From an uncultured virus (IMG/VR IMGVR_UViG_3300031998_000073) (lineage: Duplodnaviria > Heunggongvirae > Uroviricota > Caudoviricetes): a stretch of DNA of 64,000 nucleotides. Made by a program: the position numbers and the translations under genes. Below are positions 28,401 through 37,046 of this stretch, in pieces. How positions within the stretch are numbered: the stretch's first letter is position 1; the number at the start of each line of letters is the position of its first letter. Under the pieces are notes generated by a model, which saw only the letters and a list, made by a program, of their open reading frames with translations, ran no database searches and was not told where the DNA came from. The stretch lies in IMG/VR virus record IMGVR_UViG_3300031998_000073; one strand, written 5' to 3'.

Positions 28401-31400
28401 AGGCTATGCGCCGGGAAGAACAGGAATGGATAGACAGCGGCATGCGCTATCAGAAGGTGTCTCCAGACGAGAAGAGTTTTGCCGGACGGCTGGAACGTGC
28501 CAAACAGCAGACGAACACAGAGCCTACAGAAGCGCAAAAGGAGGCTGGTAACTATAAGAAGGGTCATGTCTCTTTCGGTGGATACGACTTTGTGGTGGAA
28601 AACCCGGAGGGAAGCATGCGTCGCGGAAAGGATGCCGACGGAAAGGCCTGGGAGCAGAAGATGCACAACACCTACGGCTATATCCTCGGCAAACGTGGTA
28701 AGGACGGAGACCATCTGGATATGTTCATCAATGATGCCCAGGATCTCGACAACTGGAATGGTACGGTCTATGTCGTTGACCAGGTGGATCCCAAGACGGG
28801 CAAGCTGGACGAGCATAAAATCCTGTTTGGATTTGACTCGGAGGCAGAGGCCCGCGATGCCTACCTTTCCAACTATGAGGATGGCTGGCAGGGACTTGGA
28901 AGGATTACCGGTGTTGACAAGGACACCTTCGACAAGTGGCTGGATTCATCAGACCGCAAGATTAAGGAGTTTTCAGAGCATTCAATCATTAAGAATGCCT
29001 TACAGAGGGCAGAGTCCGAGGCTAAAGAGCCAGAGTCAAAGGTTGCTACACCGTCGGAACAAGACCGTGCCATCCGTGACGCCGTGGTGGAACATCTCCG
29101 TAGCAGGGGTATCGAGGTGAGTGACGACTGGCAGTTAGGCCAGAAGATCCTTGATGACTATAACAGTCGCTTCTCTGTAGGTGAGGATACCGAAGGTGAT
29201 ATCAAGGCCCAGAAATCTGACCAACCAAACTTCTTCAGGACAGCCAACGGTCAGGCTTATGGCTACACCTACCAGGGAAAAATCTATATTGATCCGCGTA
29301 TTGCCACGTCCGAGACACCTGTCCATGAGTACGGTCACCTGTGGGCAGAGATGAAGCGCCAGACTGCTCCCGAGGAATGGGGCAATATCAAACAGGTGAT
29401 GCTGACTGACAAGCTGGTGCAGCCGATCATCGACAAAGTAAAGGCCGACTATCCTGAGCTTGCCAAGGAGGGTAGGGAGGATGACTTCGTAGAAGAGATC
29501 ATTACCCAATTCTCAGGCAAGCGGGGTTCAGAACGCCTCCGTGAGATTGCCGACGAGATAGCAGCCGAGAACGGTGGCGTATTCGGCAAGGCTGAGGCCG
29601 TCACAGCCATGCAGCGCCTGAAGAATATCCTCAACCGCTTCTGGGAGGGCATTGCAAAGATGATGGGATGGAAGTACACCAACGCCAATCAGATAGCTGA
29701 CCGTATCATGGCCGACATGCTCAACGACGTTAATCCCCGTGAGCGTATGAAGGGGGCTGACAACACTGTCAAGGGCCAGCAAGAGAGACGTACCCTGATG
29801 GGTGTACACAATATTTCTGAAGAGAAGCTGAAGAAGGCCATCAAGCAGGGCGGTCTGGCTAATCCGTCGCTGGCCGTCGTCAATACCGACATAGGCATAC
29901 ACACCGACTATGGCGAGATCTCCTTGATACCGAGGTCAACGCTGATAGATGCGATGACCGGACGCAATGCTGGCACCTATGCAGGCGACGCATGGTCGCC
30001 GACGTATCCAAGCGTCAGCAGGGTACTGACAAAGCAGGGTGACAAGCACCGTATGGCCATTGCCAAGGAGTTCTCAGGAGGCGACAGCGAGACGGAGCGC
30101 CACCTTGGAGGCGTGATCTACGACTACATAGAGGGTAACGGCGACCGCCTGCACTGGCTCTTCCTGAAGCAGAAGGGCCTGGATCCCGAAATCAAGCCCG
30201 AGCGCACTTCCCATACTCATGAAGAGTTTGAGGAGATCCAGAAAATCTTCGGTGAGGGAACCGTCACACTCCCCTCCCATGGCCGCACCAAGGAGCAGGA
30301 CAATGCCCTGCTGGACCTGATGACCAGGGACTACGAAAGGGATCTGCGGGAGAATGCCAAGCATATCAAGGATGAGGCAAAGCGTGAGGCCTACATCAAG
30401 ATTGCACTTGAACGCAAGCTTAACAGCCTTGTGGATAAGGACGGCAACCTGTACTTTGCGCCTGCCGACACCTATGTCTATGAGAACTGGCGAGACGAGA
30501 AGAAGCGTAAGGAGCCGAAACCAGACTGGTATATGACCGACAACGAGGCTAACTACCGTGTGGCCAAGGAAGGACTGGCCGAGGAGTACGAGCAGTGGAA
30601 GGAACAGCTCTTCGACGACGGCGACATCAAGGAGCAGCTGTTTGCCGGATGGACGCCGGACGGCAACAAGCGCTATGTGGCCAACACCGTCCAGAACGCC
30701 AGCCGCCTGATGAATAAGGAGTCAGACACCAACGCCTACGACCAGAATGGCCTGAATGCTACCCGTTCTTCATTGCTGAAGCGCATGAAGTCGCTTTCTG
30801 ACATCCGCAAGGCCAAACACCTGCTGCAGGGCAAGGAGGCTTATGACAGTACTCAGAAGGAAATGTCGGACGAGCTGTTTGACATTATCAGTCAGATATC
30901 AGACATGCAGAAGATCTCCGACAACCGATACATGAACATTGACTATGCGGAAGCACGGCTGCAGGAGGCCATCGCCAAGCGCGATCCCATCGGCCATTTG
31001 AATAAGGAATACGGCTACGACATTGCCAGGGACAGCGAGCTGGCATCCCAGATCATGAACTTCATCGAGAAGGCCGGAAGCCTGCCAGTGAAGTATTTCG
31101 AGACAAAGTTTAAGCGTCCCGTTGGACTGGAGGAGTTTGCCGTGGCCGTCGTGCCTGAGAAGACTTCGCCGGAGGTCATTGAGGCCCTGAAGAAGGCTGG
31201 CCTTGACGTTCGCACCTATGATAATACGGGCACGGAAGAACAGAAGAATGCCAACCGTACGGCTGCCACCATGGATGCCGTCACAGGCCGGGACGATATC
31301 AGGTTCCAGAAGAAGACAGACCGCTACCAACTTTCAGAAACAGAAAAAGACGCCGAGGGCAACAGTTTCTATGAGAAGGACGGATCCGTAGACTTGTGGA

Positions 31401-34400
31401 CTCTTCCTAACCTGTTTGCCAGGGCACGAAGACAGGCAGCGCCAATCAGGCTGACAGGGCGGAATATGAAACACATCCTAAATGAACACCGCAAGGAAAT
31501 CGGCAGTGAAAAGGATGTGCTTGCATTCCTTGATGACATATTCAGTAATGCCCCTGTACTTCGCAGGGCAAGAGGCCGTGGTATGTTTGTAGTCGTAGAA
31601 CAGGACAATACAGACAGGGCCGCTATCATCAAGCTGATGCCAAGCAAGACTGGCGACTATTACAACGTGGAAACTGCCGGATACTACCGAAAGAACAAGT
31701 GGAAGGATTATGAAGATGTGATTGCTGATCTGCGCGAACCAGACCAATCAGATGCCGCTGCCGATGCCTCTAAGCCCCAGACTCCCGATGAAAACGGCGG
31801 GGAGCCGATTAACGCTGAGGCGCAAACTTCATCTTCTGAGGGCAAAGATACTAAAAAAATCAATACGAACCAAGAAAATTCGCAAGAAAATGCATCCGGA
31901 GGGCCAAAATTTCAGCGCACGGGCAGCCCTGAGCCGGAGATGACACCAGAGGAACGCCAGTACTGGAACAAGTGGGACAAGGATATGCGGAAGTGGAAGG
32001 AGCGCAACGCCCTGCCCGCTGAGGCCACGGGACCAGGAGAAAAACCGAAGTTCCGACAGGGCGAGAGTGCCCTCGACTTTGCAAAGCGCCTTGTCGCCCA
32101 CAACAGGGAGAAGGCACTCTGGCAGACAGCCCCGAAACTGGAGGACTACCACCAGAAGCGTGAAGATAAAGATATACTGGAGGCAGCACGAGAGAACGAG
32201 AGACGCTATCCTGACAGCCCCAGTGCCAGGATGCGCCGGATAGCCGCAGAGTTCCAGCAGATACGCCATGCCATGAGCCAGCAGAAAGCCTACGACAAGG
32301 CGACGGTGAAGGCAGTGACCGACTTTGCCCAGGACTTCATGAGACAGGGCTTCGGCGATAACCTGGGCCGTGGCGAGATGGAGCGCATGCTTTCCAGTGT
32401 AAAGAATGCTACCGGCGCAAAGGACATACGCCAGTCGGTTGACAATATCATGAACATCCTGATCGACAACCATCTCCGCAACCTCGACCAGCAGGTGCAG
32501 AAGCTCTCATCCACCAAGGAACTGAGCAAGACAGCACAGGGCGTTGAGAAGCAGGGCAAGCTGGAACTAAAGGGCCAGCGTATGATCCAGGCATTCCGCA
32601 AGGCGCGTGAGGGCAGGATGGATGCCGACAAGCTGCGTGAGGAGATCAGCAAGGTGGCCGAGAAGATGGCACGAAACGACGAGGAGGCCCCGATGTGGGA
32701 ACAGGAATTCGAGGGACTCCAGATAGCCTTGCAGTATCAGGAGAACATTGAGGCCAGCCGCGACGAGTATGCAGACCTTGACCGTGAATACAAGGAGGCC
32801 GTCAGTGACTATAAGACCAGCGGACGCTCGTATAAGGATCAGCAGCAACTGTTGGAAAGCCTTGACCAGGCAATGATGGAGAACAAGATCGAGCGTATCG
32901 GCATGTTCGGCGATATCATCGGACGCCTTCAGGGCAACATCTCTGAGAGTATGCAGGGAGCCAAGGAGTTCGTGGAGCGTGAGAAGGAGCGGGTGAAGCA
33001 TATCCAGCAGATCGCCAACTTTGACCTGGCCGGGAAGCCAGCCGACGCCCTGCGCGAGAAGACAAAGGGCAAACCAGCCAACTTCTTCCTGCAGCCGCTT
33101 GGAACCTTCGAACAGATGCTACGCCAGTTTGGAAGCCGCAACGCCAATGGTGAGGGTTATCTCTATGACTACTTTATGCGTAACTGGATGGACGCAACCG
33201 ACAAGGCATTTCTCAATGAGCAGAAGGCCAAAGAGGAACTGGATGCCAAGGCCCGTGAGGTATTCGGCAGCAAGGTGAAGCGGTGGAGCGACCTCTACGA
33301 CATCGCCAGGAGCCTGCCAACATTGGAGGTTGAGGTGCTGGATGGCGAGAACTCCAGGACATTCACGATGAATCAGGGTAATCTCCTGTATATCTATATG
33401 GCCGACAAGATGACCGACGGACGGATGAAGCTCCGCAAGATTGGCATTGACGAGGAGACTGTAGATAAGATCAAGGATTTCCTCGATCCTCGCCTGGTGC
33501 AGCTGGGCGACTGGCTCCAGGATGAATACCTTGTGAAGAAGCGTATTGAATACAACAAGGTGCATGAGCGGATGTTTGGTGCCCCGATGGCTGCCATTGA
33601 CCACTATTTCCCGCTGAAGGTGCTGGGCGATGCCCGTTACCAGGAGCAGGATGTGAATGTGCCTGACAGCGAGACGCTGCCATCTACGATCACCGGCAAC
33701 ATCATCAAGCGCCGTAAGAATGCTTTGCCGCTGGATATACTGCATACCGACGCCCTGAGCCTGGCCATTGAGCATGTTGAGGACATGGAGCACTGGGCGG
33801 CGCAGTCTGAGTGGAACAAGGATATCAACACGCTGCTGAGCTATACCACCTTCCGAAACAAGGTGAAGAACATGGATACCGTCTATGGAAGCGGTGACGC
33901 CTTGTGGAATGCCTTCAAGGACACGGCAAAGATGGCCGCCGGCACTTATGACTCCAGCGCCAAGTCGGGCCATGTTGACAAGGCTATCTCAAATATCGCC
34001 AAGGGTGTGACGGCTGCAAAGATCAATTTCCGTGCCTATACGGCATTCAAGCAGATCCTGTCCGCTCCAGCCTTCCTCCATGACGTGAGGCTGGATGACT
34101 TTGTTAAGAACTCCGTCAATCCCTACGGATCGTGGAAGTGGGCCATGGAGAATATGCCCGTGTTCCAGAAACGCTGGAAGAGCCGCCAGGCGGGCGACAC
34201 CCGGCTGATGGACGATCCTACGGACTGGAAGATGTGGAAGACCAATGTCGTGCAGATGGCAACGCGCCTCGGCATGAGTCCCAACGCCCTCGTTGACGGG
34301 ATTACCTGTGCCGTGGGCGCACGATCCATCTATGAGAGCCGATACAGGAAGTATAAAAAGATCGGCGCCAGCGACGAGGTAGCCCGCAAGCGCGCACTTC

Positions 34401-36037
34401 AGGATGCCGAGATCGGCTACAACCTGACGCAGCAGTCAAGCGAGGGAGCGTTTACCAGCGCTATCCAGAAAGACCGTACCGTAGCCGCCAATATGCTGAG
34501 CGTGTTCCGTAACTCATCTATGTCGTACACCCGGCAGTGGTACGACGCCTACCGTAACCTTAAGAAGCGCACACAGAAGGGCTATAAGGAAGACTCCATC
34601 AAGTTCATGACACGTCAGATTCAGGAACAGTTCGGCCTCGATGATGATCAGGCAAAGAAAGCGGCAGAAATGGAGTATGCCCGCGAGGGACGCCGCGACG
34701 TGGCCCGTATGCTGAATATGATGTTTGGCGTGACTGTAGCATGGAATCTGGGCGCCTCGCTGCCATACTTGCTGCTGGGTGATGACGGTAACACCAAGAA
34801 GGAGATGATGACCGATGCACTCCTGAAAGGACTGATCGCAGGGCCTACAGAAGGCTTTGCTGCAGGAAATATCTGGAGTGATCTGATCGGAAGGACCTTA
34901 GCCAGCGAGGAAACGCGACGGGCTGTCAGAAACGAAGGGTGGGGAGCCGGCATCGATGCAGCTCTGAAGCAGGGAGGCGACTACGAGGTGAACCCGCTGC
35001 CATTGATGGCCGACATTCAAAGCATGATCAATAAGATGGGCTACGACAAGTTTGCCGCTGCCCAGGATGTCTTCAATATCTGTATACAGAGTGCCGTAGG
35101 CGTGAACCCGCAGACATTCACAGATATGTGGAATGCTGTGATGGATTATGGCAACCCTTCATGGATGCCGTTCACTGACACTGCCAAAGGTAATGACGAC
35201 CTGTCTAATTCCAAGGAGATTGCCCTGTTTATCATGCGAGTTCTGAATGCGCCTACAAGTTCATGGCGCAACAAATACATTGACGAGCTTGGTATGAGTG
35301 CCGAGGATGCCAAGAAACTGCCTTACGGCGAGATGGCAAAGCGTTACGCCAACTACAAACATTGGAAGGATGCGCCTATCATGGGATGGCTACGAGGTGA
35401 AGAGGGCAGGGTTGCAAAGATCGAGAAAATACAGAAGCAGTTTGACAAGGCTGTTGAGGAACGTATGCAGCGCCTTACTGATCAGGAGCTGATGCATAAC
35501 GTAGCCCGTTCTGAAAGCCCTGAAGAAAAGCGCAAGTATGCCAAGCTCATTGCACAGAGGCTTGGCCTGACTCCTGGACAAGATTCTAAAAAGCCGAAAG
35601 ATGATGAAGTCTATCAGAAAATTTACCAGCAGCGTATGTTGTACGAAGATATTGTAGAAGACGAGACGCTGGCCGCAAAATACAAGGATATTGAAAAGGC
35701 TTACAAGGAGAAGTATGAAGAGGCTTCGCGCAAGAGTGCTATTGATGAGCAGGAATTTGTTAAGGCTAACAAGGACTGGAAAAAACGCATCGATGACGCT
35801 AAAGGTGAAGTCAAAAAACGCCTTGACTGGATCCGTGACGGAAAGTATGACTCAGAGAACGGAAGGCCAGGTAAACATAAGAATCCCGAAAACAATCCCA
35901 AACTGTTGTATGAGGGCAAGAAACAGCTCGAAACCACTGACGATAAAGAGACTTATGAGGATATCATGAATAATATACGCAAGTGGCGAAAAGAGGCTTT
36001 GGAATTGCTTCTAAGGGCTGAGGCTGAAAGCAAGTGA
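22478..36037 (+). CDS. large polyvalent protein (4519 aa, probably virion-ejected): zeta-like P-loop, InPase, zincin, PBECR-like RNase and helical C-terminal domains
   Basis: GAGKST (~26680); PTEAQKEAGNYKKGH..YGY..DGDHLD (~28520-28900); HEYGH (~29325); KHILNEH..YYNVETAG (~31470-31680). Confidence 0.85.
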   Translation: MEDGKIYGSENRRKMYENLSNDGFELGTFEDFNQNMDNKDTRQAIYRAAQGAGWELPEYDQFDRDMTVRRMKIGGEMKEVDHSTYDDFMKRHPSGTNVKKGFVGQTPQQAPQQPQQQPKPVAVSSAPKTVEAPESQTVGTPWGSEGSATGKSAAYKPSAPGQVRETGDPGASQFGVPYKPDTEMNAAERDAVYRQNDFAVKQLRQMEREEERRSQPVTDTGNKDVNSHIIKTQGEWEDDLQKGVERISSSVVVPAVDKAVAEFDKKASEVFEGGRKDSNATGGLPTGTAAGAGIFGNIRESNQAKDPDKILNYLKQQMESVYKDGSFVEKIGKEADRMGIDRNEYLEKIIKPQIQSDLASRFESSMISKELPKSGLEYVVNGLSNSIVGMVADTFLKTKSQRAYKNQAEAMTEEGRNPNYSPSTSASLSKIGVTFAADAPFFGVTGRVGGQVAKKFAERQIQNMMAKGLSEGAARSIVGTALENSVGARMKNYIMQHVISSGITMGGFNALSEGARQVRDDEFDPLKLAGSTAEGLATGAAFGLTGGVSQALSQPLSGFAKIGAKAAGFGAEAETMYATEELAKMIQGEEGFTNPFEGSVESLMKLGVMKLSSPGGLVKTIGEIAHPLRSNQAQRTGVNFTKEEEALIRDSAEGKSLLEALSGMHPDKAVSEVNGKKKLTPEGEEMRRNLADSYNAFMENPEYPATVKEKVAAVLGGVYKPGLETGADIVQGDDGSVTLKTRDKDGNCIREMKFDSFEDADKWRNEFKSQMERNDAVNMWNNASDETRQKIVDAVRDQISGEKEAAEMLERANGMRQSRMQRELEKLNKFKEEHEGRELTDEEAREYIQMVIRDGSDEVFREMYQTIHDNANPKDEYNPKRNYEDGRKVDSMERHFAQADVQIQEERLAMLGQDFAKEVTGAAGYADEKMAELAMRKDVTKEQLEAARDYYNATAKLAGVMEEALKEIDEQVEAANAQIRRNTHPDSGALIEASYDNKDYYVTAGHIQIMPDGKIVSSDGSGVVILRDRNTGEIEVMNPQNLTVTAILDPKRLIDANESMEGLRGQLVKQADDSIELHPDTPETPQEMGETFTGSDGKLYMVAGEPDGTGNVVWLKIGLNEEGNPVGEPQPLDIDEYRKAKSDEIDAADMPSTEETPIDTVLRVPEVEQPASDGQAENMRREDEGEGTRVEAVPSPERPEHPQSTSSSIPVDESGKKLYEQAKPEDTLSDLIEKRGEDKAEKMVGQMVDNISRQISELSKKDMSKVTDMNDIDAYETEISDLHKKLDYWKGISDKIKTEKAKKSWNNLVNPKEIRNFATDPEGQQRWVDEHIDEIVDSYIRTHGNLLDPDEIRNAFAGIGYNGKNVTEYREQEGRVVAAIYERMLSEAVANGNTSITLLTGAGKSTATRQMDLSGRGVVYDSAFNKFKKLNEAIEAAKAAGMKDIQVIAVYNDATTSFSNSVERGLRTGRFMSLDYFVNGAFLENSGKISQLRQAYPDVEIIAFDNSGNKASERPDGGRVTPEEAEGWDYTLNDSKLNELLDIFENGINEGRFTEDQIASIGRGLRNVTRRIPDLRVETEQRVSRIAQGIFPQDVPDLRPGVPRGTGGSGRGGLVPAADGAVQGSSGGRPAEGEQGAPGHGTEPAAPADGPSGAGGEGQPVIDQKQKKKLFKTAEANTGKTFTFTSSSGVRSELTLQRIDHNGDAVVTRQDYDAQGNPVGEAREERYAAVKVGEAIDNGTWKKNLNSEEHLREVMRNKPGAANVISVFSDGEIDRLWKTYESGDKEAFENLYDEYRKDHFEDLIALSQRERVSSAERTLGYGTREEKIRRLRKIYQGNDDAVLALSDESMEPQSVEEYITSFLGDVPKPGEGSIAWDSYGEGDARVIGLRDETGFGSRGFGGDTKGFNPWLAAKGQGVSLAKFSESLHEQLPEGLKEQYTDQDIRNILLDILTNAEKPTDIPNSILYNRMRLAEEAMRREEQEWIDSGMRYQKVSPDEKSFAGRLERAKQQTNTEPTEAQKEAGNYKKGHVSFGGYDFVVENPEGSMRRGKDADGKAWEQKMHNTYGYILGKRGKDGDHLDMFINDAQDLDNWNGTVYVVDQVDPKTGKLDEHKILFGFDSEAEARDAYLSNYEDGWQGLGRITGVDKDTFDKWLDSSDRKIKEFSEHSIIKNALQRAESEAKEPESKVATPSEQDRAIRDAVVEHLRSRGIEVSDDWQLGQKILDDYNSRFSVGEDTEGDIKAQKSDQPNFFRTANGQAYGYTYQGKIYIDPRIATSETPVHEYGHLWAEMKRQTAPEEWGNIKQVMLTDKLVQPIIDKVKADYPELAKEGREDDFVEEIITQFSGKRGSERLREIADEIAAENGGVFGKAEAVTAMQRLKNILNRFWEGIAKMMGWKYTNANQIADRIMADMLNDVNPRERMKGADNTVKGQQERRTLMGVHNISEEKLKKAIKQGGLANPSLAVVNTDIGIHTDYGEISLIPRSTLIDAMTGRNAGTYAGDAWSPTYPSVSRVLTKQGDKHRMAIAKEFSGGDSETERHLGGVIYDYIEGNGDRLHWLFLKQKGLDPEIKPERTSHTHEEFEEIQKIFGEGTVTLPSHGRTKEQDNALLDLMTRDYERDLRENAKHIKDEAKREAYIKIALERKLNSLVDKDGNLYFAPADTYVYENWRDEKKRKEPKPDWYMTDNEANYRVAKEGLAEEYEQWKEQLFDDGDIKEQLFAGWTPDGNKRYVANTVQNASRLMNKESDTNAYDQNGLNATRSSLLKRMKSLSDIRKAKHLLQGKEAYDSTQKEMSDELFDIISQISDMQKISDNRYMNIDYAEARLQEAIAKRDPIGHLNKEYGYDIARDSELASQIMNFIEKAGSLPVKYFETKFKRPVGLEEFAVAVVPEKTSPEVIEALKKAGLDVRTYDNTGTEEQKNANRTAATMDAVTGRDDIRFQKKTDRYQLSETEKDAEGNSFYEKDGSVDLWTLPNLFARARRQAAPIRLTGRNMKHILNEHRKEIGSEKDVLAFLDDIFSNAPVLRRARGRGMFVVVEQDNTDRAAIIKLMPSKTGDYYNVETAGYYRKNKWKDYEDVIADLREPDQSDAAADASKPQTPDENGGEPINAEAQTSSSEGKDTKKINTNQENSQENASGGPKFQRTGSPEPEMTPEERQYWNKWDKDMRKWKERNALPAEATGPGEKPKFRQGESALDFAKRLVAHNREKALWQTAPKLEDYHQKREDKDILEAARENERRYPDSPSARMRRIAAEFQQIRHAMSQQKAYDKATVKAVTDFAQDFMRQGFGDNLGRGEMERMLSSVKNATGAKDIRQSVDNIMNILIDNHLRNLDQQVQKLSSTKELSKTAQGVEKQGKLELKGQRMIQAFRKAREGRMDADKLREEISKVAEKMARNDEEAPMWEQEFEGLQIALQYQENIEASRDEYADLDREYKEAVSDYKTSGRSYKDQQQLLESLDQAMMENKIERIGMFGDIIGRLQGNISESMQGAKEFVEREKERVKHIQQIANFDLAGKPADALREKTKGKPANFFLQPLGTFEQMLRQFGSRNANGEGYLYDYFMRNWMDATDKAFLNEQKAKEELDAKAREVFGSKVKRWSDLYDIARSLPTLEVEVLDGENSRTFTMNQGNLLYIYMADKMTDGRMKLRKIGIDEETVDKIKDFLDPRLVQLGDWLQDEYLVKKRIEYNKVHERMFGAPMAAIDHYFPLKVLGDARYQEQDVNVPDSETLPSTITGNIIKRRKNALPLDILHTDALSLAIEHVEDMEHWAAQSEWNKDINTLLSYTTFRNKVKNMDTVYGSGDALWNAFKDTAKMAAGTYDSSAKSGHVDKAISNIAKGVTAAKINFRAYTAFKQILSAPAFLHDVRLDDFVKNSVNPYGSWKWAMENMPVFQKRWKSRQAGDTRLMDDPTDWKMWKTNVVQMATRLGMSPNALVDGITCAVGARSIYESRYRKYKKIGASDEVARKRALQDAEIGYNLTQQSSEGAFTSAIQKDRTVAANMLSVFRNSSMSYTRQWYDAYRNLKKRTQKGYKEDSIKFMTRQIQEQFGLDDDQAKKAAEMEYAREGRRDVARMLNMMFGVTVAWNLGASLPYLLLGDDGNTKKEMMTDALLKGLIAGPTEGFAAGNIWSDLIGRTLASEETRRAVRNEGWGAGIDAALKQGGDYEVNPLPLMADIQSMINKMGYDKFAAAQDVFNICIQSAVGVNPQTFTDMWNAVMDYGNPSWMPFTDTAKGNDDLSNSKEIALFIMRVLNAPTSSWRNKYIDELGMSAEDAKKLPYGEMAKRYANYKHWKDAPIMGWLRGEEGRVAKIEKIQKQFDKAVEERMQRLTDQELMHNVARSESPEEKRKYAKLIAQRLGLTPGQDSKKPKDDEVYQKIYQQRMLYEDIVEDETLAAKYKDIEKAYKEKYEEASRKSAIDEQEFVKANKDWKKRIDDAKGEVKKRLDWIRDGKYDSENGRPGKHKNPENNPKLLYEGKKQLETTDDKETYEDIMNNIRKWRKEALELLLRAEAESK
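26398..26429 (+). promoter_or_regulatory. internal sense promoter inside the giant gene
   Basis: Canonical TTTG-N20-TAACTTTG in an AT-rich patch. Confidence 0.65.
27114..27464 (+). CDS. overprinted +1-frame gene (116 aa), candidate antitoxin/immunity protein
   Basis: AT-rich initiation region, GC3-biased codons and globular-looking sequence, while the host frame here reads as a G/R/P-rich linker. Confidence 0.7.
   Translation: MALTKEDLQRIKLPLSDEDYVMLHDESPISEWRLSKEFPELHRAYFHKMCQIFDQVFPGEQVGADEVDWYPPQTEQFKDHPEDVRLRENRERLAMALSQRPQLMDRLEQAEKASQS
31712..31836 (-). ncRNA. candidate structured antisense RNA embedded after the RNase domain
   Basis: Nested pairings GAAGATG/CATCTTC, TCTGCGC/GCGCAAA, GCCTC/GAGGC and CTCCC/GGGAG, just downstream of a minus-strand promoter. 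Confidence 0.5.
31843..31874 (-). promoter_or_regulatory. internal antisense promoter inside the giant gene
   Basis: CTTG-N20-TATCTTTG on the minus strand, same spacing as the promoters at 36980 and 39019. Confidence 0.65.
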
Positions 36038-36051
36038 CCCTCCCGTCTGAA

Positions 36052-36121
36052 ATTTGAAGCATGCAAATCGGCGATTTGCGTGCTTCAAATCCCGGATTTG
36101 CATGCTCCAAAAAATGTTAAA
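36052..36121. repeat. second copy of the 22-bp-period palindromic element
   Basis: ATTTGAAGCATGCAAAT / ATTTGCGTGCTTCAAAT / ATTTGCATGCTCCAAAA then AATGTTAAA. Confidence 0.75.
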
Positions 36122-36137
36122 GAGATACTATGACTGC

Positions 36138-36857
36138 CTATTTCTTGTATACAGACTTGAGATCAGACTCGTAGACGTCGATAACTTTGTCTGCAAGAAT
36201 GCTCAGGTCGCGCGACATGCTCCTGTTTCTTGGCGGGTAGCCCTTGTGGAACTTCACAACGCTGATCTTTGTCATATTGTCCTTGACAAACTTAACGGCC
36301 TCCGAATAGTCGTAGTCGCCGCTGACAAGTATGATCTTGTCACACTTCTTCTGTACGCTGAGGGATATCATCTTCACCGCAAGGGATATGTCAACGCCTT
36401 TCTCGCCAAGGTATGCCTGCTTGAACGGGTCAATCTTCACTACGCCAGTCTTCACAATCTCTATATCGTCATGGGCCAGGCAAAGCTGGTCGTATGCATA
36501 TTCAAGGTCGGAAAACTTCTGTTTCTGCTTCTTGATCCAGTTCATGGCCTCATCCTTCTCCCTATTCACCTGTGACTGCACACTTTCCGGGACTGAGGAC
36601 ATGTCGCCACTCTTATAGTGCTCAAGGTGTACGCGGTGCTTCTTGTTGACAATCGCCCTTGTGATCTTTTCCTCCGTAAAGAAGGTATCAAGGATCTTGG
36701 CTGGACGAAACCAATATGTACGTACCAGTTCGTCGTCCGTGTCTGCAAAACCCGTAAACAGCTTTGTCCAGTCCACGTCTTTCTCAATGATTCCCATCTC
36801 GTGAATGCTGTAGTACAGATTCTGTCCGTCAATTAGAATAACAACTTTCTTACTCAT
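36138..36857 (-). CDS. NYN domain (PIN-like) ribonuclease
   Basis: ILIDGQNL, EKGVDI and LVSGDYDY motifs. Confidence 0.9.
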   Translation of the reverse strand: MSKKVVILIDGQNLYYSIHEMGIIEKDVDWTKLFTGFADTDDELVRTYWFRPAKILDTFFTEEKITRAIVNKKHRVHLEHYKSGDMSSVPESVQSQVNREKDEAMNWIKKQKQKFSDLEYAYDQLCLAHDDIEIVKTGVVKIDPFKQAYLGEKGVDISLAVKMISLSVQKKCDKIILVSGDYDYSEAVKFVKDNMTKISVVKFHKGYPPRNRSMSRDLSILADKVIDVYESDLKSVYKK

Positions 36858-36881
36858 ACCAATATCGTTTTGTTTAATCTC

Positions 36882-36910
36882 AAAAAAGAAGTCTGCCATT
36901 TCTGACAGAC
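36882..36910 (-). terminator. intrinsic terminator in the NYN leader
   Basis: GTCTGTCA-GAAA-TGGCAGAC followed by TTCTTTTTT. Confidence 0.75.
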
Positions 36911-36979
36911 CAGTATAAATCGGGCTTAAAGCTCTGTTTAAATCACGCCTTGTGGCGCAGTATTTTCCTTTTTGCGCTG

Positions 36980-37011
36980 CAAAGGTAGGGAAATTTTATG
37001 AATCGTGCAAG
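36980..37011 (-). promoter_or_regulatory. promoter of the NYN leader
   Basis: CTTG-N20-TACCTTTG. Confidence 0.7.
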
Positions 37012-37046
37012 GATTTTGCCGATTTTTTTATCATATTTAATCGGAT

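Noticed and set aside
36858..36899. Longer NYN start at 36899 from the ORF track
   Set aside because: That ATG lies inside the terminator hairpin, and the NYN fold begins right after the 36857 ATG
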